Below the pieces are notes generated by a model that saw only the letters and a list, made by a program, of their open reading frames with translations, was not told where the DNA came from and did no database searches. DNA of 40,943 nucleotides from a virus, in IMG/VR virus record IMGVR_UViG_3300037445_000039, positions 1 through 40,943 of that record; one strand, 5' to 3'. Positions 23,143 through 33,180 of this stretch are shown here, piece by piece. How positions within the stretch are numbered: the stretch's first letter is position 1; every line of letters starts with the position of its first letter. A program made the translations under genes and the position numbers.

Positions 23143-23751
23143 ATGCCGAAAGAGAAAGTGACCGACACGACCGAGACGAGCGAGCCGATCGCGCTGACGT
23201 TCGATCAGCGCCTGAGTCTGGCGCGCACCGGCCTGACCCTCGCTGACATCACGGAATACCAGAAGCTCGGATTCGACTACGAGCAGCTGTTGGAGATCGG
23301 CGCGGCCATGCAGGCGGCGAAAGTTGCCGGCGCGGGCGGCGGCGCGGCGGAAGTCGCGCAGGCGATGGCGAAGGCGCAGATTGAGGCCGCCGACTTCCTC
23401 GCTGATCGCGACCGTAAAGAACGCCACGGCCCGAACGTCTCCGTTTTCAATCCGAAGGGCGAGCGCGATCACCCGCGGCCCGATCTGGTGGGCGACATCT
23501 TCTACCTCGGCACGAAGCTCCACAAAGAGGAACTGACCGAGGCCGAGATTCACCTCCTGAACCTGCTGAAGCCCGGGCTCTATCACGGTGGCCAGTGGAA
23601 AGTGACGGACCAGGCGCAGGGCACCGGCGCGCGCAATCTCCTGATCTGGTTCCCGAACGAGGAGCATCACGATCGCGACAATCTGCCGCCGTCGATGGTG
23701 GCGATGCTCGAGGAAATGGTCGGCGCGACGGCGACGCCCGCGTTGGCGTGA
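23143..23751 (+). CDS. Virion-associated hypothetical protein (202 aa)
   Basis: Long ORF of normal composition within the structural operon. Confidence 0.7.
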   Translation: MPKEKVTDTTETSEPIALTFDQRLSLARTGLTLADITEYQKLGFDYEQLLEIGAAMQAAKVAGAGGGAAEVAQAMAKAQIEAADFLADRDRKERHGPNVSVFNPKGERDHPRPDLVGDIFYLGTKLHKEELTEAEIHLLNLLKPGLYHGGQWKVTDQAQGTGARNLLIWFPNEEHHDRDNLPPSMVAMLEEMVGATATPALA

Positions 23752-23757
23752 GGCCCC

Positions 23758-24714
23758 GTGACGTTTCAACAACTGCAGGACGATTGTCTTGACGCCCTGG
23801 GCTATGCCGTGACCAGCGGCGCCCAGAGCGAAGCGCGCGTCCGCATCAAGCGCGGGCTGAACGCGTGGCACCGGCGGCTGCTCACGCGCCCGGGCTACGC
23901 GCGCCTGCTGCGCGACTACCAGCAGACGCTGACAACGGTCGCGGCAACCTCGACCTACGGCTTCAGTGAACCCATGGGGCGCCTGAGCGGGATGTACGAC
24001 ATCACCAACCGCTGGCCGCTCGATCGCAAAGAGCTGTCCTGGCTGCGCACGCAGGATTCCGCTGTCGCGACCAGCGGCAACCCTCGCGCGTACGTACCGC
24101 TGGGGTGGTTCCCGGTCGCGCAGCATCCGACGAGCGCCGCCGCGGTCTTCGCCGCCTCCAGCGCCGCGGATACGACACAGCTCGCCTGGGATTTTCTGCT
24201 GAGCGACAACACGCGCATCTCGGGCGTCACGGCGCTGAACGGCACGACCGCCGTGCAACTCGGATCGGCCTCTACCGTGGTGCAGGTCCTCGCGCTCACG
24301 TATCAGGCACCGAGCACTGGCCTGACGATCACGATCCGCATGACCAGCGGTGCCGGCACGGTGCTCGGCCAGATCGGCGCCGGTCGCACGAAGGCGCGGT
24401 ACTTCCAGGTGCAGCTCTGGCCCACGCCGGCCTCGGCACTGACGTACGCATGCGACTTCACCGCGGAAATCCAGGACATGGCCGCCGATCAGGACGAGCC
24501 ACTGCTCCCGCCGGATTTTCATCATGTGCTCTCGCTCGGCGCGCAATGCGATGAATTGAAACGCCGCGACGACAACCGCTACTCGCTGGTGCGCAACGAC
24601 CTCGAAGGCGAGATCAAGAACCTGAATCGCTGGCTCTGGGATCTCCCGGAGCCGCAAATCCGTGACCGTGGTCGCCCGTCGCAGCTTGGCGCATGGTATC
24701 CGAGCGGTACGTAA
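23758..24714 (+). CDS. Putative head-tail adaptor / tail tubular protein A-like
   Basis: 318 aa with a GTG start. The call rests on its position between head genes and the large nozzle-like gene. Confidence 0.55.
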   Translation: MTFQQLQDDCLDALGYAVTSGAQSEARVRIKRGLNAWHRRLLTRPGYARLLRDYQQTLTTVAATSTYGFSEPMGRLSGMYDITNRWPLDRKELSWLRTQDSAVATSGNPRAYVPLGWFPVAQHPTSAAAVFAASSAADTTQLAWDFLLSDNTRISGVTALNGTTAVQLGSASTVVQVLALTYQAPSTGLTITIRMTSGAGTVLGQIGAGRTKARYFQVQLWPTPASALTYACDFTAEIQDMAADQDEPLLPPDFHHVLSLGAQCDELKRRDDNRYSLVRNDLEGEIKNLNRWLWDLPEPQIRDRGRPSQLGAWYPSGT

Positions 24715-24716
24715 AA

Positions 24717-26693
24717 ATGCTGGAACCGTCGAAGAACGGGCTCGCGTGGATCGATGACCTCACCGGGGGCCTGAACACCACCGATCCGCCCGAGAAGATC
24801 GCGGACAACCAACTCCAGATCGCGCAGAACATCGAGTGGACGCAGACTAACATCGCGCAGCGCCGACAGGGCGGCCAGAACAACATCGGGACCGAGCCGT
24901 GGGCCTCGGGAGCCTCGCTCCTCGCCGTGTTTCGGCACATCCCCGGTAACAGCGAGACAGGCGCGGAGATGTTCGCCGTCTCGACAGGCTCCCCGAACGC
25001 GCTGGGGCGGCTGACGGCCAGCGCCAATTTTGCCTCGGTGACCGTCGGCGATGCGATCGATGCAGCCAACGATGGCAAGTTCGCGGACGCGGTCAGTTTC
25101 AACAGCAAGTGGTTTTTTGCCTACGACAGCGCGGTTGATCGGCTGCACGTATGGAACGGCACGAGCCTGCGCCGCGTCGGCCTGCCGAAGCCGACAGCGG
25201 CGCCCACAGTCGCGAACACGGGCGGCGGCACCTACGCCGCGGTGCAGCGCTGGTACAAGGTGCAGTGGTTCAACGACACGGAGCGCGTGCTCGGGCCGCT
25301 CTCGGACGCGGTCGCCTTCACGCCCTCGGGCGCCGGCACCGCTGCGCGCGTGACGCGACCGACCGCGGCCGGCGAGCATGAAACCAAGTGGGTGCTCTAC
25401 GGGTCGCCCGACAACGTCAATTTCTACCTGATCGCCAGCGTCGCGATCGGCACGACGACGTTCGACGACTCGACCGCGCCCTCGGCGTATGCGACTGTTG
25501 CGTCCTCCGGGTTGTCGGCGCTCTCCAGCGACCTTGATTACTACACGACGCCCCCATCGCCGAAATATCTGCTCGTCGATGGCGCGCGGCTGCTGCTGCT
25601 CTCCTCGTGGGAGACGGCGGCCTACACGAGCCGCGTCTGGTTCACGCCGATCCTGCACACCACCTCGGCGGATATCGCCGACGATGAGCGCGTCCCCTCG
25701 ACGAACTATTTGGATCTGGACCCGTCGGAGGGCGGTGGCCTAACCGGTGGGGCGATGCTGAACGGCACGCCCTACATCTTCAAGACGGCGCGCACCTATC
25801 GGCTGAATGCGACCACCAACGCAACGAAGCCGTACACGCGCGCGGTCATCAGCCGCATCGTCGGGGCGCTGTCGCATCGCTCGATCGTGCTGGGCGAAGA
25901 CGATCAGGGTAATCAGTGCCTCTACTTTCTTTCGCGGCGCGGCCCGTATCGCTTGAGTGACTACGGGCTCGAATATCTTGGCCACGATCTGGAGTTCGGC
26001 ACGTGGTCCACGGTGAACAAGACCGGCATCAATGTGCCCCCGTTCGGCATCTACTACGAACAGAAACACCAAGTCTGGTGGTGGGTGACGACCGGCAGCA
26101 ACAGCAACCCCGATACGGTGCTCGTGCTCTCGATTCCGCACGCGCGGCGCGCCGGAGACGGCAGCATCCGCGGCGGGTGGACGACGTTCACGGGGGATCT
26201 CGGCGCGGGGATCGCGGCGGTGATGTTCAGTAAGACGCTGGCCGCGACGATGTCACTCGACCTCAAGCCCTACGTCGCGCAGGTCAATAACGCCGCGGGG
26301 GACCCCGACGGCCCCCTGGTGCAGTACGACGCCGACGCCGTGTACACCGACGGCGGCGCGCGCGCGACGGCCTACACCGGCAAGTTCAAGACGAAGGCAT
26401 TCAATCCCGGCGGGCGCGACAAGCGCGGCGGCGTGCTCGAAGGCTTCATCACGGCGAAGGCCACGGGTTGCACATTCAATCTCAGTGCGATCCGTAACTA
26501 CGGGCAGGAGACGATCCCGGCCAGCGTCACGATCAGCGGCGACACAGCCCTCAGCCGCGACGACGTGAAGATCGAGAACTTGACACTGGGCGAAGCCAAG
26601 GCGCTCGAACTGCAGATCGATGACGGTGGCGCCGCGCGTGCGTGGACCATCGACACGATCGGGCTGCGCATCGAAGCCGAGGGCGAGCGATGA
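24717..26693 (+). CDS. Putative tail tubular protein B / nozzle-like protein
   Basis: About 658 aa and beta-rich. The start is ambiguous (ATG at 24693 or 24717). Confidence 0.55.
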   Translation: MLEPSKNGLAWIDDLTGGLNTTDPPEKIADNQLQIAQNIEWTQTNIAQRRQGGQNNIGTEPWASGASLLAVFRHIPGNSETGAEMFAVSTGSPNALGRLTASANFASVTVGDAIDAANDGKFADAVSFNSKWFFAYDSAVDRLHVWNGTSLRRVGLPKPTAAPTVANTGGGTYAAVQRWYKVQWFNDTERVLGPLSDAVAFTPSGAGTAARVTRPTAAGEHETKWVLYGSPDNVNFYLIASVAIGTTTFDDSTAPSAYATVASSGLSALSSDLDYYTTPPSPKYLLVDGARLLLLSSWETAAYTSRVWFTPILHTTSADIADDERVPSTNYLDLDPSEGGGLTGGAMLNGTPYIFKTARTYRLNATTNATKPYTRAVISRIVGALSHRSIVLGEDDQGNQCLYFLSRRGPYRLSDYGLEYLGHDLEFGTWSTVNKTGINVPPFGIYYEQKHQVWWWVTTGSNSNPDTVLVLSIPHARRAGDGSIRGGWTTFTGDLGAGIAAVMFSKTLAATMSLDLKPYVAQVNNAAGDPDGPLVQYDADAVYTDGGARATAYTGKFKTKAFNPGGRDKRGGVLEGFITAKATGCTFNLSAIRNYGQETIPASVTISGDTALSRDDVKIENLTLGEAKALELQIDDGGAARAWTIDTIGLRIEAEGER

Positions 26694-27274
26694 CGATCGG
26701 CACCGTCTATTCCGCCTCGAAAAAGGACCTGCAATCACTCGCGCAGTGGACACAGGAGCAATTGACGACGCTGGCGAGTTCGATCGCGGCGGGCTGGAAC
26801 GCGGAGCATGATGGCGACGGGCACCACACCAATATTACCGCCTCCAGCATCACGACGCGCGCGCTCGCGTTTCGATCCTTGCTCTTCCCGGCGAATCTGG
26901 CAGCGGGCTTCGGCAGCATTGTCGCGCCAGGCGCGCAACGTGTGGAGTTGCCCTCGTCAGGCACATACAACGACCTCGCAATCTTGCCCGGCTTGAGCCT
27001 GGTGTACATCAGCGTCATCGGCGGCGCCACGCTCACCGGACTGGAGAGCACCTATTACGCGCCAGGCAGTGCCGTGATCCTGGTATCGGACTGCGTGACC
27101 GACAACGTGGTGTTGAGCCAGGAAGATAGCGGATCACGGACTGAGAATCGATTCGCCGGGAACGGCAGCACGCCCGGCACGACGATCACGATTACGCCGG
27201 GTCGGTTCGTCGTCTTGCTGCGGTCGTATCGCTACGGCCTGTCACAGCCGCGGTGGCTGATCTCCTTCTCCTAG
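26690..27274 (+). CDS. Virion protein (194 aa)
   Basis: ATGA coupling. Confidence 0.65.
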   Translation: MTIGTVYSASKKDLQSLAQWTQEQLTTLASSIAAGWNAEHDGDGHHTNITASSITTRALAFRSLLFPANLAAGFGSIVAPGAQRVELPSSGTYNDLAILPGLSLVYISVIGGATLTGLESTYYAPGSAVILVSDCVTDNVVLSQEDSGSRTENRFAGNGSTPGTTITITPGRFVVLLRSYRYGLSQPRWLISFS

Positions 27275-27280
27275 ACGCCC

Positions 27281-28546
27281 ATGGCATATCTCAACCCCTA
27301 CGGCGACGATAGCAGCCTCGATCCGGATGCAGCCCGGCGGAAGGCGCTGCTCGACTTGATGGGCACGCCGGCGCAAGGCGCCACGCCCACGGCGTCGCAG
27401 GCGCTGCCCTCCTCGCGTCCCGCACCGATCTTCCCGACCGGCACGACCCGCGCGACGGCGGCCAACGGCGCCGACACGCCCGACCTGCCGGATCCGCCCG
27501 CGGCCGCGGCGACGAGCCCAGCGGTGAATCCCTACACCAGCACGGACAACGGGCTGCAGTACGGGAGCAAGATTCTCGACCTTTACAGCGAGCCGTACAA
27601 CCGGCGCGGCGGCGGGACCGGCGGCATCGGCTCCGGCGCGCTCACGGGTGCCAGCATCGGCAGCACGGCGGGCCCGATTGGCGCCGGCGTGGGCGCGGCT
27701 GTGGGCGCAATCGTAGGGGCGGCGCGGAAGCATGCGGAGACGGCGCCGACCGACTTCAGCGTGAACGACGCGCGCGAGATTGTCCGGGGCGCCTGGCGCG
27801 ACATGTTCGGACGCGAGGCCACGGACCAGGAAGTGAACGACGCGCTCGCGGGGCAAGGGCTGAAGGCCGGTGGCGAGTGGGTCGGCCAGCAGGGGCTCAT
27901 GGGCGTACTCGGCCATCTCGGCGAGAACGCGGCGGCGGAACGGGCCGCGGGCGGTGGAACAGCCGCCAGCGCTACCAGCGCTGGTGCGACACCGGGCGGG
28001 GCACTGGCCTCGAATCCGAATACCGGCTTCGCGGGTGGCATGAATACGAGCGTCAGCGGCCCCAGCGGCGCGACCGGCGGCGGTGGAGGCGGTGTGCCCG
28101 GGAACGTCGAAGGCGTGGACGCCGGCAAGTGGAGCGACCCGAACAAGCACGATCCGAAGTACGACGTGCTGCACCTGCTGGCGCAGTACGGCAGCCTCGA
28201 CGCGGCGCTGCCCGAGATTCAGAAGCTCTACCCGAACGCCAAGAAAGTCGGCGGGGACGCGATCGACATGGGCGACGGCGTCGGCCCGGTGGATATTCAG
28301 CGCGATTCCGATCATGGCGGCCCGTTCCACTGGGAACCGGTCTCTGGTGCCGCCGACCAAAGTGCCGCGAGCTCGGCTCCCGTGACCACGACAGGCTCTT
28401 CGCCCCTGGCGTCTCCCGGCGCGGCCCAGCTCGCGGCACCCCTCGGCAACAACGACGTGCTGCAGCAGATCATGGAAGAACTGCGTCGCATTCAGAGCGG
28501 TGAAGCGCCGCGCAACGCGCTGTTGCAGCAGATGGGGCTGGCGTAA
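27281..28546 (+). CDS. Internal virion / ejection-type protein with a glycine-zipper segment
   Basis: 421 aa. GGGTGGIGSGALTGASIGSTAGPIGAGVGAAVGAIVGAA. Confidence 0.65.
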   Translation: MAYLNPYGDDSSLDPDAARRKALLDLMGTPAQGATPTASQALPSSRPAPIFPTGTTRATAANGADTPDLPDPPAAAATSPAVNPYTSTDNGLQYGSKILDLYSEPYNRRGGGTGGIGSGALTGASIGSTAGPIGAGVGAAVGAIVGAARKHAETAPTDFSVNDAREIVRGAWRDMFGREATDQEVNDALAGQGLKAGGEWVGQQGLMGVLGHLGENAAAERAAGGGTAASATSAGATPGGALASNPNTGFAGGMNTSVSGPSGATGGGGGGVPGNVEGVDAGKWSDPNKHDPKYDVLHLLAQYGSLDAALPEIQKLYPNAKKVGGDAIDMGDGVGPVDIQRDSDHGGPFHWEPVSGAADQSAASSAPVTTTGSSPLASPGAAQLAAPLGNNDVLQQIMEELRRIQSGEAPRNALLQQMGLA

Positions 28547-29688
28547 TGGCTGACCAGTGGACCCTCGACGACTACAAGGCGGGCGCAATCGGGCATGACG
28601 ATGCCCGCACCGACTGGACGCCGGACGACTGGGTCGCGTACGCGAACCGGTACAACCCGAAAGCGCAGCTCACGACGAATCAGCCGCCGAGTGCGGCGAC
28701 CCCGACGGCGCCCAGCTCGAATCAGTACACCGGTTCGGTCGATCCCTCGCTGCAGACGGTGAAGCCGGCGACCACGCAGCTCCAGCCGTCGCCGATGCCG
28801 ACGGCCCAATCGATCCCGCTGGGGCCGACGACGGGCGGCAGCTATCCGGTGTCGCAGAGCCTCGGCACGACGACCCCGGACGGCGTCTACCACTTCAACA
28901 TGGGCGACCCGACGCAGCCGGCGGCGGGGAGTCAAGGGGCGATGGATGCGCAGGTCCGGCAGCGGCTGCTCGAGCTGCTCGGCACGGACACGAACAACGT
29001 CAGCACGCAGGATGCCGATGTCGCGCCGCAGTCGCGGGCCTTCAACGCGCAGGTCGATCGCGAGGCGGCGGCCCAACGCGCGCAGATGCTCGAGCAGGCG
29101 AACGCCGAGGGCACCTCGAGCAGCGGCGCCACGCAGGCGGGGCTGAGCAATCTCGGCTCTCAGGCGGCTGTGGCCAAGGGCGCGAACGATGCGTCGCTCA
29201 TCGGCCAGAAGCAGCAGCAGCGCATCCAGCAGCTGCAGAACGCGATTCAGGTCGCCTCGTCGCTCGGCATGACGCAGCAGGCGAACGACCTCCAGCGGCA
29301 GCTCGCGAACCTGCAGGCACAGGTCACGCAGCGCGGGCAGGATGTGACGCAGGCTGGCCAGCAGATTCAGGTGGGGCTCGCGAACCTCGACACCAGCAGC
29401 AAGCTCTACCTCGCCGACCTCAACGCGAAGCTGCAGCGCGAGGGCTACTCGACGCAGGAACGGCTCGCACAGCTCGACGCCGAAGTGCGGAAGATGGGCA
29501 TCCAGACGCAGGGCGACCTGGGACAGCTCGACATCGCGCTGCGGTCACAGCTCGGCATGGGCCAGCTCAATCTGGGCCTGCTCTCAACGTTGCTTTCGAA
29601 TAATCAGGCCAACAATCAGCTCGGCCTGAGCATCGCGCAAATTCAGGCGCTCTTGAACCAGAACGCCGTCACGGCCGGAGGTGGGTAA
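28546..29688 (+). CDS. Internal virion / ejection-type protein, Gln-rich coiled coil
   Basis: 380 aa. TAATG coupling. Confidence 0.65.
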   Translation: MADQWTLDDYKAGAIGHDDARTDWTPDDWVAYANRYNPKAQLTTNQPPSAATPTAPSSNQYTGSVDPSLQTVKPATTQLQPSPMPTAQSIPLGPTTGGSYPVSQSLGTTTPDGVYHFNMGDPTQPAAGSQGAMDAQVRQRLLELLGTDTNNVSTQDADVAPQSRAFNAQVDREAAAQRAQMLEQANAEGTSSSGATQAGLSNLGSQAAVAKGANDASLIGQKQQQRIQQLQNAIQVASSLGMTQQANDLQRQLANLQAQVTQRGQDVTQAGQQIQVGLANLDTSSKLYLADLNAKLQREGYSTQERLAQLDAEVRKMGIQTQGDLGQLDIALRSQLGMGQLNLGLLSTLLSNNQANNQLGLSIAQIQALLNQNAVTAGGG

Positions 29689-30345
29689 ATGGACTGGGGC
29701 GCGATCATCGCCGCCGGCGCGCAGATTGCCGCACAACAGGCGCAGGCGCGCGCGCAGGCCAAGCAGCAGGAAGCGCTGCTGAATCACCAGAACGATACGG
29801 TAGCCCAGCAGGGTTACGCGACCGACAAGAGCACCAACCTGCAGGCGCTGGCGGCCGCGCAGAACTCACAGAACGCGCGGGCTGGCGGCATTCTCAACGA
29901 ACAGGAGCTGGCACTCTCCGCACCGCGCACGCGCGCCCAGAACAGCGTGCGGGGGTCGATCCTCGCCAACGCGCAGGATGTCGGGGTCAGCGGCTTGCCG
30001 AAGGGTGTGCCGAACATCCAGTTCACCGGCGGGCTGCGGCCGTCGATCTTCAGCGGCGATACGCGGGCGCTCGGTCAGCAGATGACGCGCGACGCGCTCC
30101 TCAGCCAGATGGCGCCGCAGGTCACACCCTACAGCGACATGAAGCCGCTGGATGTCTCGAGCATCACCGGCATGAAGGCGCCAGGCCCGACGCCGCTCCC
30201 GCAGGCCTCGACGCTCGATTCCATCCTCGCCAACATCGGGATGTATGGCGGGCTGGCCGGCGTGGGCCTCGCCGCGGCGCAGCAGAAGCAGCAGCCGTTC
30301 ACCGAAACCCGCGGCGGCACCACCGTGCCGTCCTTTGTGGAGTGA
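29689..30345 (+). CDS. Internal virion-type protein (218 aa)
   Basis: GGAGG upstream. Gln/Ala-rich. Confidence 0.65.
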   Translation: MDWGAIIAAGAQIAAQQAQARAQAKQQEALLNHQNDTVAQQGYATDKSTNLQALAAAQNSQNARAGGILNEQELALSAPRTRAQNSVRGSILANAQDVGVSGLPKGVPNIQFTGGLRPSIFSGDTRALGQQMTRDALLSQMAPQVTPYSDMKPLDVSSITGMKAPGPTPLPQASTLDSILANIGMYGGLAGVGLAAAQQKQQPFTETRGGTTVPSFVE

Positions 30346-30348
30346 CGC

Positions 30349-31326
30349 ATGGGCACCGGATGGGCAGACGCCGCAGGGGCGCAGTCGCTCGCACAGAACG
30401 CCGGGGACATCACGAGCCTGCTGTCCGCGCGGCTCATGGCGCAAAAGCTGGCGTGGGCGCAGCAGAACGCGCAGGCGATGAACCCGAGTGCGGTCGCGCC
30501 GCCGGCGGCCAACGTGGCCGCGGAGAAGCTGTATCAGGACCAGCGCAAGACCTTCGAGGACCGCCTGCAGCAGCGCGATCAGTTCGGCGCGAAGCTCGGC
30601 GAGGAGAAGCGCCAGTTTGATACCGGCATGGGCTTCAAGCAGCAAGAGGCCGGGCGTGACCAGGGCAACTTCGAGCAGAAACTGCAGACCGATATTGCGC
30701 AGTTCCAACAGGGCATGGGGCTGAAACAGGCCGAGTTCGGCGAGACGAAGCGCAGCAACCTCGCGGATGAAGCGCTGAAGGGCCGGCAGATCGACGCGAC
30801 GTTGCAGGGCAAGATGATGAAGCCGGCGACGCCCGCCGAGCGGCAGTCGCTCGCGTTCTACAACCGCGCGCAGGACGCCGTGAAGACGTTGACGGAGGCG
30901 CCAGGCGGGAAGCCCTCGCTCGAAATGCAGATCGCCAAGCAGAGCACGGCTGGCCAACTGCGGGGCCAGTACGCCCCGAACATGCTGCAGACCGGGGAGC
31001 AGCAGGCATATCGACAGGCGCAGCGCGCGTTCACCGAAGCGCGGCTCCGCAAAGAATCGGGCGCCGCGATTCCGCCGCAGGAGTTCGAGAACGACGCGCG
31101 GATGTACTTCGCGCAACCAGGCGACACGCCGCAGACGATCGCGCAGAAACAGAAGGCACGGGAGACGCTCCTCGCCGGCATGAAGTTCGCTTCGGGGAAA
31201 GCGTTCGGCGAGTTCTACGGCGATGAGGGTGGCGGCTCCCCTGCGCCAGCCGCTGCCCCGCCGCCACCTGGAGCGCCTGCGACGAAGCCCTCCGGCATCA
31301 AGTCCATCACGCTGGTGACGCCCTGA
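30349..31326 (+). CDS. Internal virion-type protein (325 aa), coiled coil
   Basis: GGAG upstream. Confidence 0.65.
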   Translation: MGTGWADAAGAQSLAQNAGDITSLLSARLMAQKLAWAQQNAQAMNPSAVAPPAANVAAEKLYQDQRKTFEDRLQQRDQFGAKLGEEKRQFDTGMGFKQQEAGRDQGNFEQKLQTDIAQFQQGMGLKQAEFGETKRSNLADEALKGRQIDATLQGKMMKPATPAERQSLAFYNRAQDAVKTLTEAPGGKPSLEMQIAKQSTAGQLRGQYAPNMLQTGEQQAYRQAQRAFTEARLRKESGAAIPPQEFENDARMYFAQPGDTPQTIAQKQKARETLLAGMKFASGKAFGEFYGDEGGGSPAPAAAPPPPGAPATKPSGIKSITLVTP

Positions 31327-32600
31327 TGCCTGACCAGACCTACGAAGTCGTGATGCACGACGGGCGCAAGTTCCACGTCGTGGCCGACCACGCGCCGACG
31401 GAGGAGGAAGTCCTTGCCCATCTGCCGGCGACCGAGGCCGCGCCGGCGCACCTCATGGCGAGTCACGAGGCACCGGTGGACAGGGCCGGCCTGCTGGATA
31501 CCGCGCTCGGCGTCGTTGGGCGCAGCGTCGGCATCCCGGGCGTCGGTGGCGGCGGTCCCGTCGGCGAGAGCGCCGCGCAGTTCACCGGCAACCCGAAGAA
31601 CGCGCCTGCGATTGCCGCGATGGCGGCCGCGCCGGCCACAGCCGGTATGAGCCTGCCGGCCGCTGCGGGAGTGGCAGGGCTGGCCGGCGGTGGAGGATCG
31701 ATCGCGAAGAACGCCGCGGAGTACTTCCTCGGCAAAGGGCCGTCCTCGCTCGGCGAGGCGGCCACGGACGTGGCGAAGGATGCGGCGGTTCAAGGCGGCA
31801 CACAACTCGCGGGCGGGCTCATCAGCAAGGGGCTGGAAGCGGCGGCACCGCGGGTAATGTCGGCGGTGTTGAAGCCGACGCCGACACTGCGCCGAAACAA
31901 TCCCGGCATGAACATCCCGCTCGAGGCGGTCAAGCAGGGCGCCGTCGTGTCGAAGGGTGGCCTCGCGGCGCAGGCCGACAAGGTGCGCGGGCTGAACGAG
32001 GCCGTCAACAACGCCATTCAGGCGAGCGATGCCACCGTGAAGCCCAGCGTCGCCGCGTCCTCGCTCGGCGAGTTGTTGCGCGAGCGGCAGGGCCTCGGGC
32101 CGGTGGCGTCGGGCGATGCCTCCAAGATTCAAGATGCGCTGGTGAACTTCATCGGGAACGATGCGCCGATGCCGGTGGCCAAGGCGCAGGAGATCAAGAA
32201 GTTCCTGGGCGCGAAAGTCGCGAGCAAGTACGGGTCGCAGATCGCGGACCCTGTTTCGGTCGATATCAATCAGGCGCTGCGCGCGGGCACCAAGGGTGCG
32301 ATTGCGCAAGCCGTCCCGGAGGTGGATGCCCTCAATCAACAGCTCTCGCCCGCGATTGCGGTGAGGAAGGCGCTCGAGCAACGACTCGGCACGGCGCAGA
32401 ACACGCACATTGTCTCGCCGCGCTGGGCGTGGATTCACAACCCGATCCTGGCGACGGCCAGTGCCATCACCGGGGCGCCGTCGATCGCGTCGCGGGGGGC
32501 CAACGTGATGTATCGCGCAGGACAAGCGGAGGTGCCTCCACAAGCCATCCGAGCGGCGCTGCTCGCGATGATGGGCGGCGACGAGCCGCAACAACCGTAA
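31326..32600 (+). CDS. Internal virion-type protein (424 aa)
   Basis: TGATG coupling. Confidence 0.65.
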   Translation: MPDQTYEVVMHDGRKFHVVADHAPTEEEVLAHLPATEAAPAHLMASHEAPVDRAGLLDTALGVVGRSVGIPGVGGGGPVGESAAQFTGNPKNAPAIAAMAAAPATAGMSLPAAAGVAGLAGGGGSIAKNAAEYFLGKGPSSLGEAATDVAKDAAVQGGTQLAGGLISKGLEAAAPRVMSAVLKPTPTLRRNNPGMNIPLEAVKQGAVVSKGGLAAQADKVRGLNEAVNNAIQASDATVKPSVAASSLGELLRERQGLGPVASGDASKIQDALVNFIGNDAPMPVAKAQEIKKFLGAKVASKYGSQIADPVSVDINQALRAGTKGAIAQAVPEVDALNQQLSPAIAVRKALEQRLGTAQNTHIVSPRWAWIHNPILATASAITGAPSIASRGANVMYRAGQAEVPPQAIRAALLAMMGGDEPQQP

Positions 32601-32636
32601 CCGTTCTATTGCCCCGCAGGATGCGGGAGGGCCGAC

Positions 32637-32936
32637 ATGACCGATGACGGGCGGAACTTCTGGCGGGCGCTCTTCAGCGTGCCCAACATCGTGGCGACGG
32701 CGTTCTTTCTCATCGGCGTCGGGGGCTGGTGGGCCGATCAGCAAGCCTTTCGGAGTCGCGTGGATGAGCGCCTGATGCACATCGAGAATCGCCTCGACAC
32801 CATCGATGGCGCGAACGCGGCGATCTACGTGCGGCGCGATGTGATGACGGAGCAGCTCTCGAAGATTCAGCAGGACGTGGGCGCGCTCCGGGACGAGGTC
32901 CACGATGTGAAGAACGAAGTGCGGAAAATTCGGTAA
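32637..32936 (+). CDS. Type II membrane protein: N-terminal TM helix plus coiled coil
   Basis: 99 aa. GGGAGGG upstream. NIVATAFFLIGVGGWWA followed by a heptad-rich helix. Confidence 0.7.
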   Translation: MTDDGRNFWRALFSVPNIVATAFFLIGVGGWWADQQAFRSRVDERLMHIENRLDTIDGANAAIYVRRDVMTEQLSKIQQDVGALRDEVHDVKNEVRKIR

Positions 32937-32949
32937 CTGGAGATTCTGA

Positions 32950-33177
32950 ATGGCGCAACAGGAACTGCTCGATATCGTGACGGAAGAATTCATCACGGCA
33001 CTCGTGGACCGGGGCATTCTCCCGGCCGGCACGACGAAGGGCCCTGTGTGGGCGGGCAACGTCTCTGGCGTCAGCCACATCAAGATCTACTTGAACAACA
33101 CCAGTTTTGATGATCTGACGCCCGTGCCGGTGTCTGCGGTGAATGTGCCCGCGGCGATCGAGGCGCTGGGCCTGTAG
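32950..33177 (+). CDS. Hypothetical protein (75 aa)
   Basis: GGAG upstream. Confidence 0.65.
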   Translation: MAQQELLDIVTEEFITALVDRGILPAGTTKGPVWAGNVSGVSHIKIYLNNTSFDDLTPVPVSAVNVPAAIEALGL

Positions 33178-33180
33178 CCG

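Noticed and set aside
23025-23246. 73-aa Arg/Asp-rich ORF overlapping the start of 23143..23751.
   Set aside because: It is in an alternative frame over a better-supported 202-aa gene, and its upstream part covers the 10-bp stem-loop.
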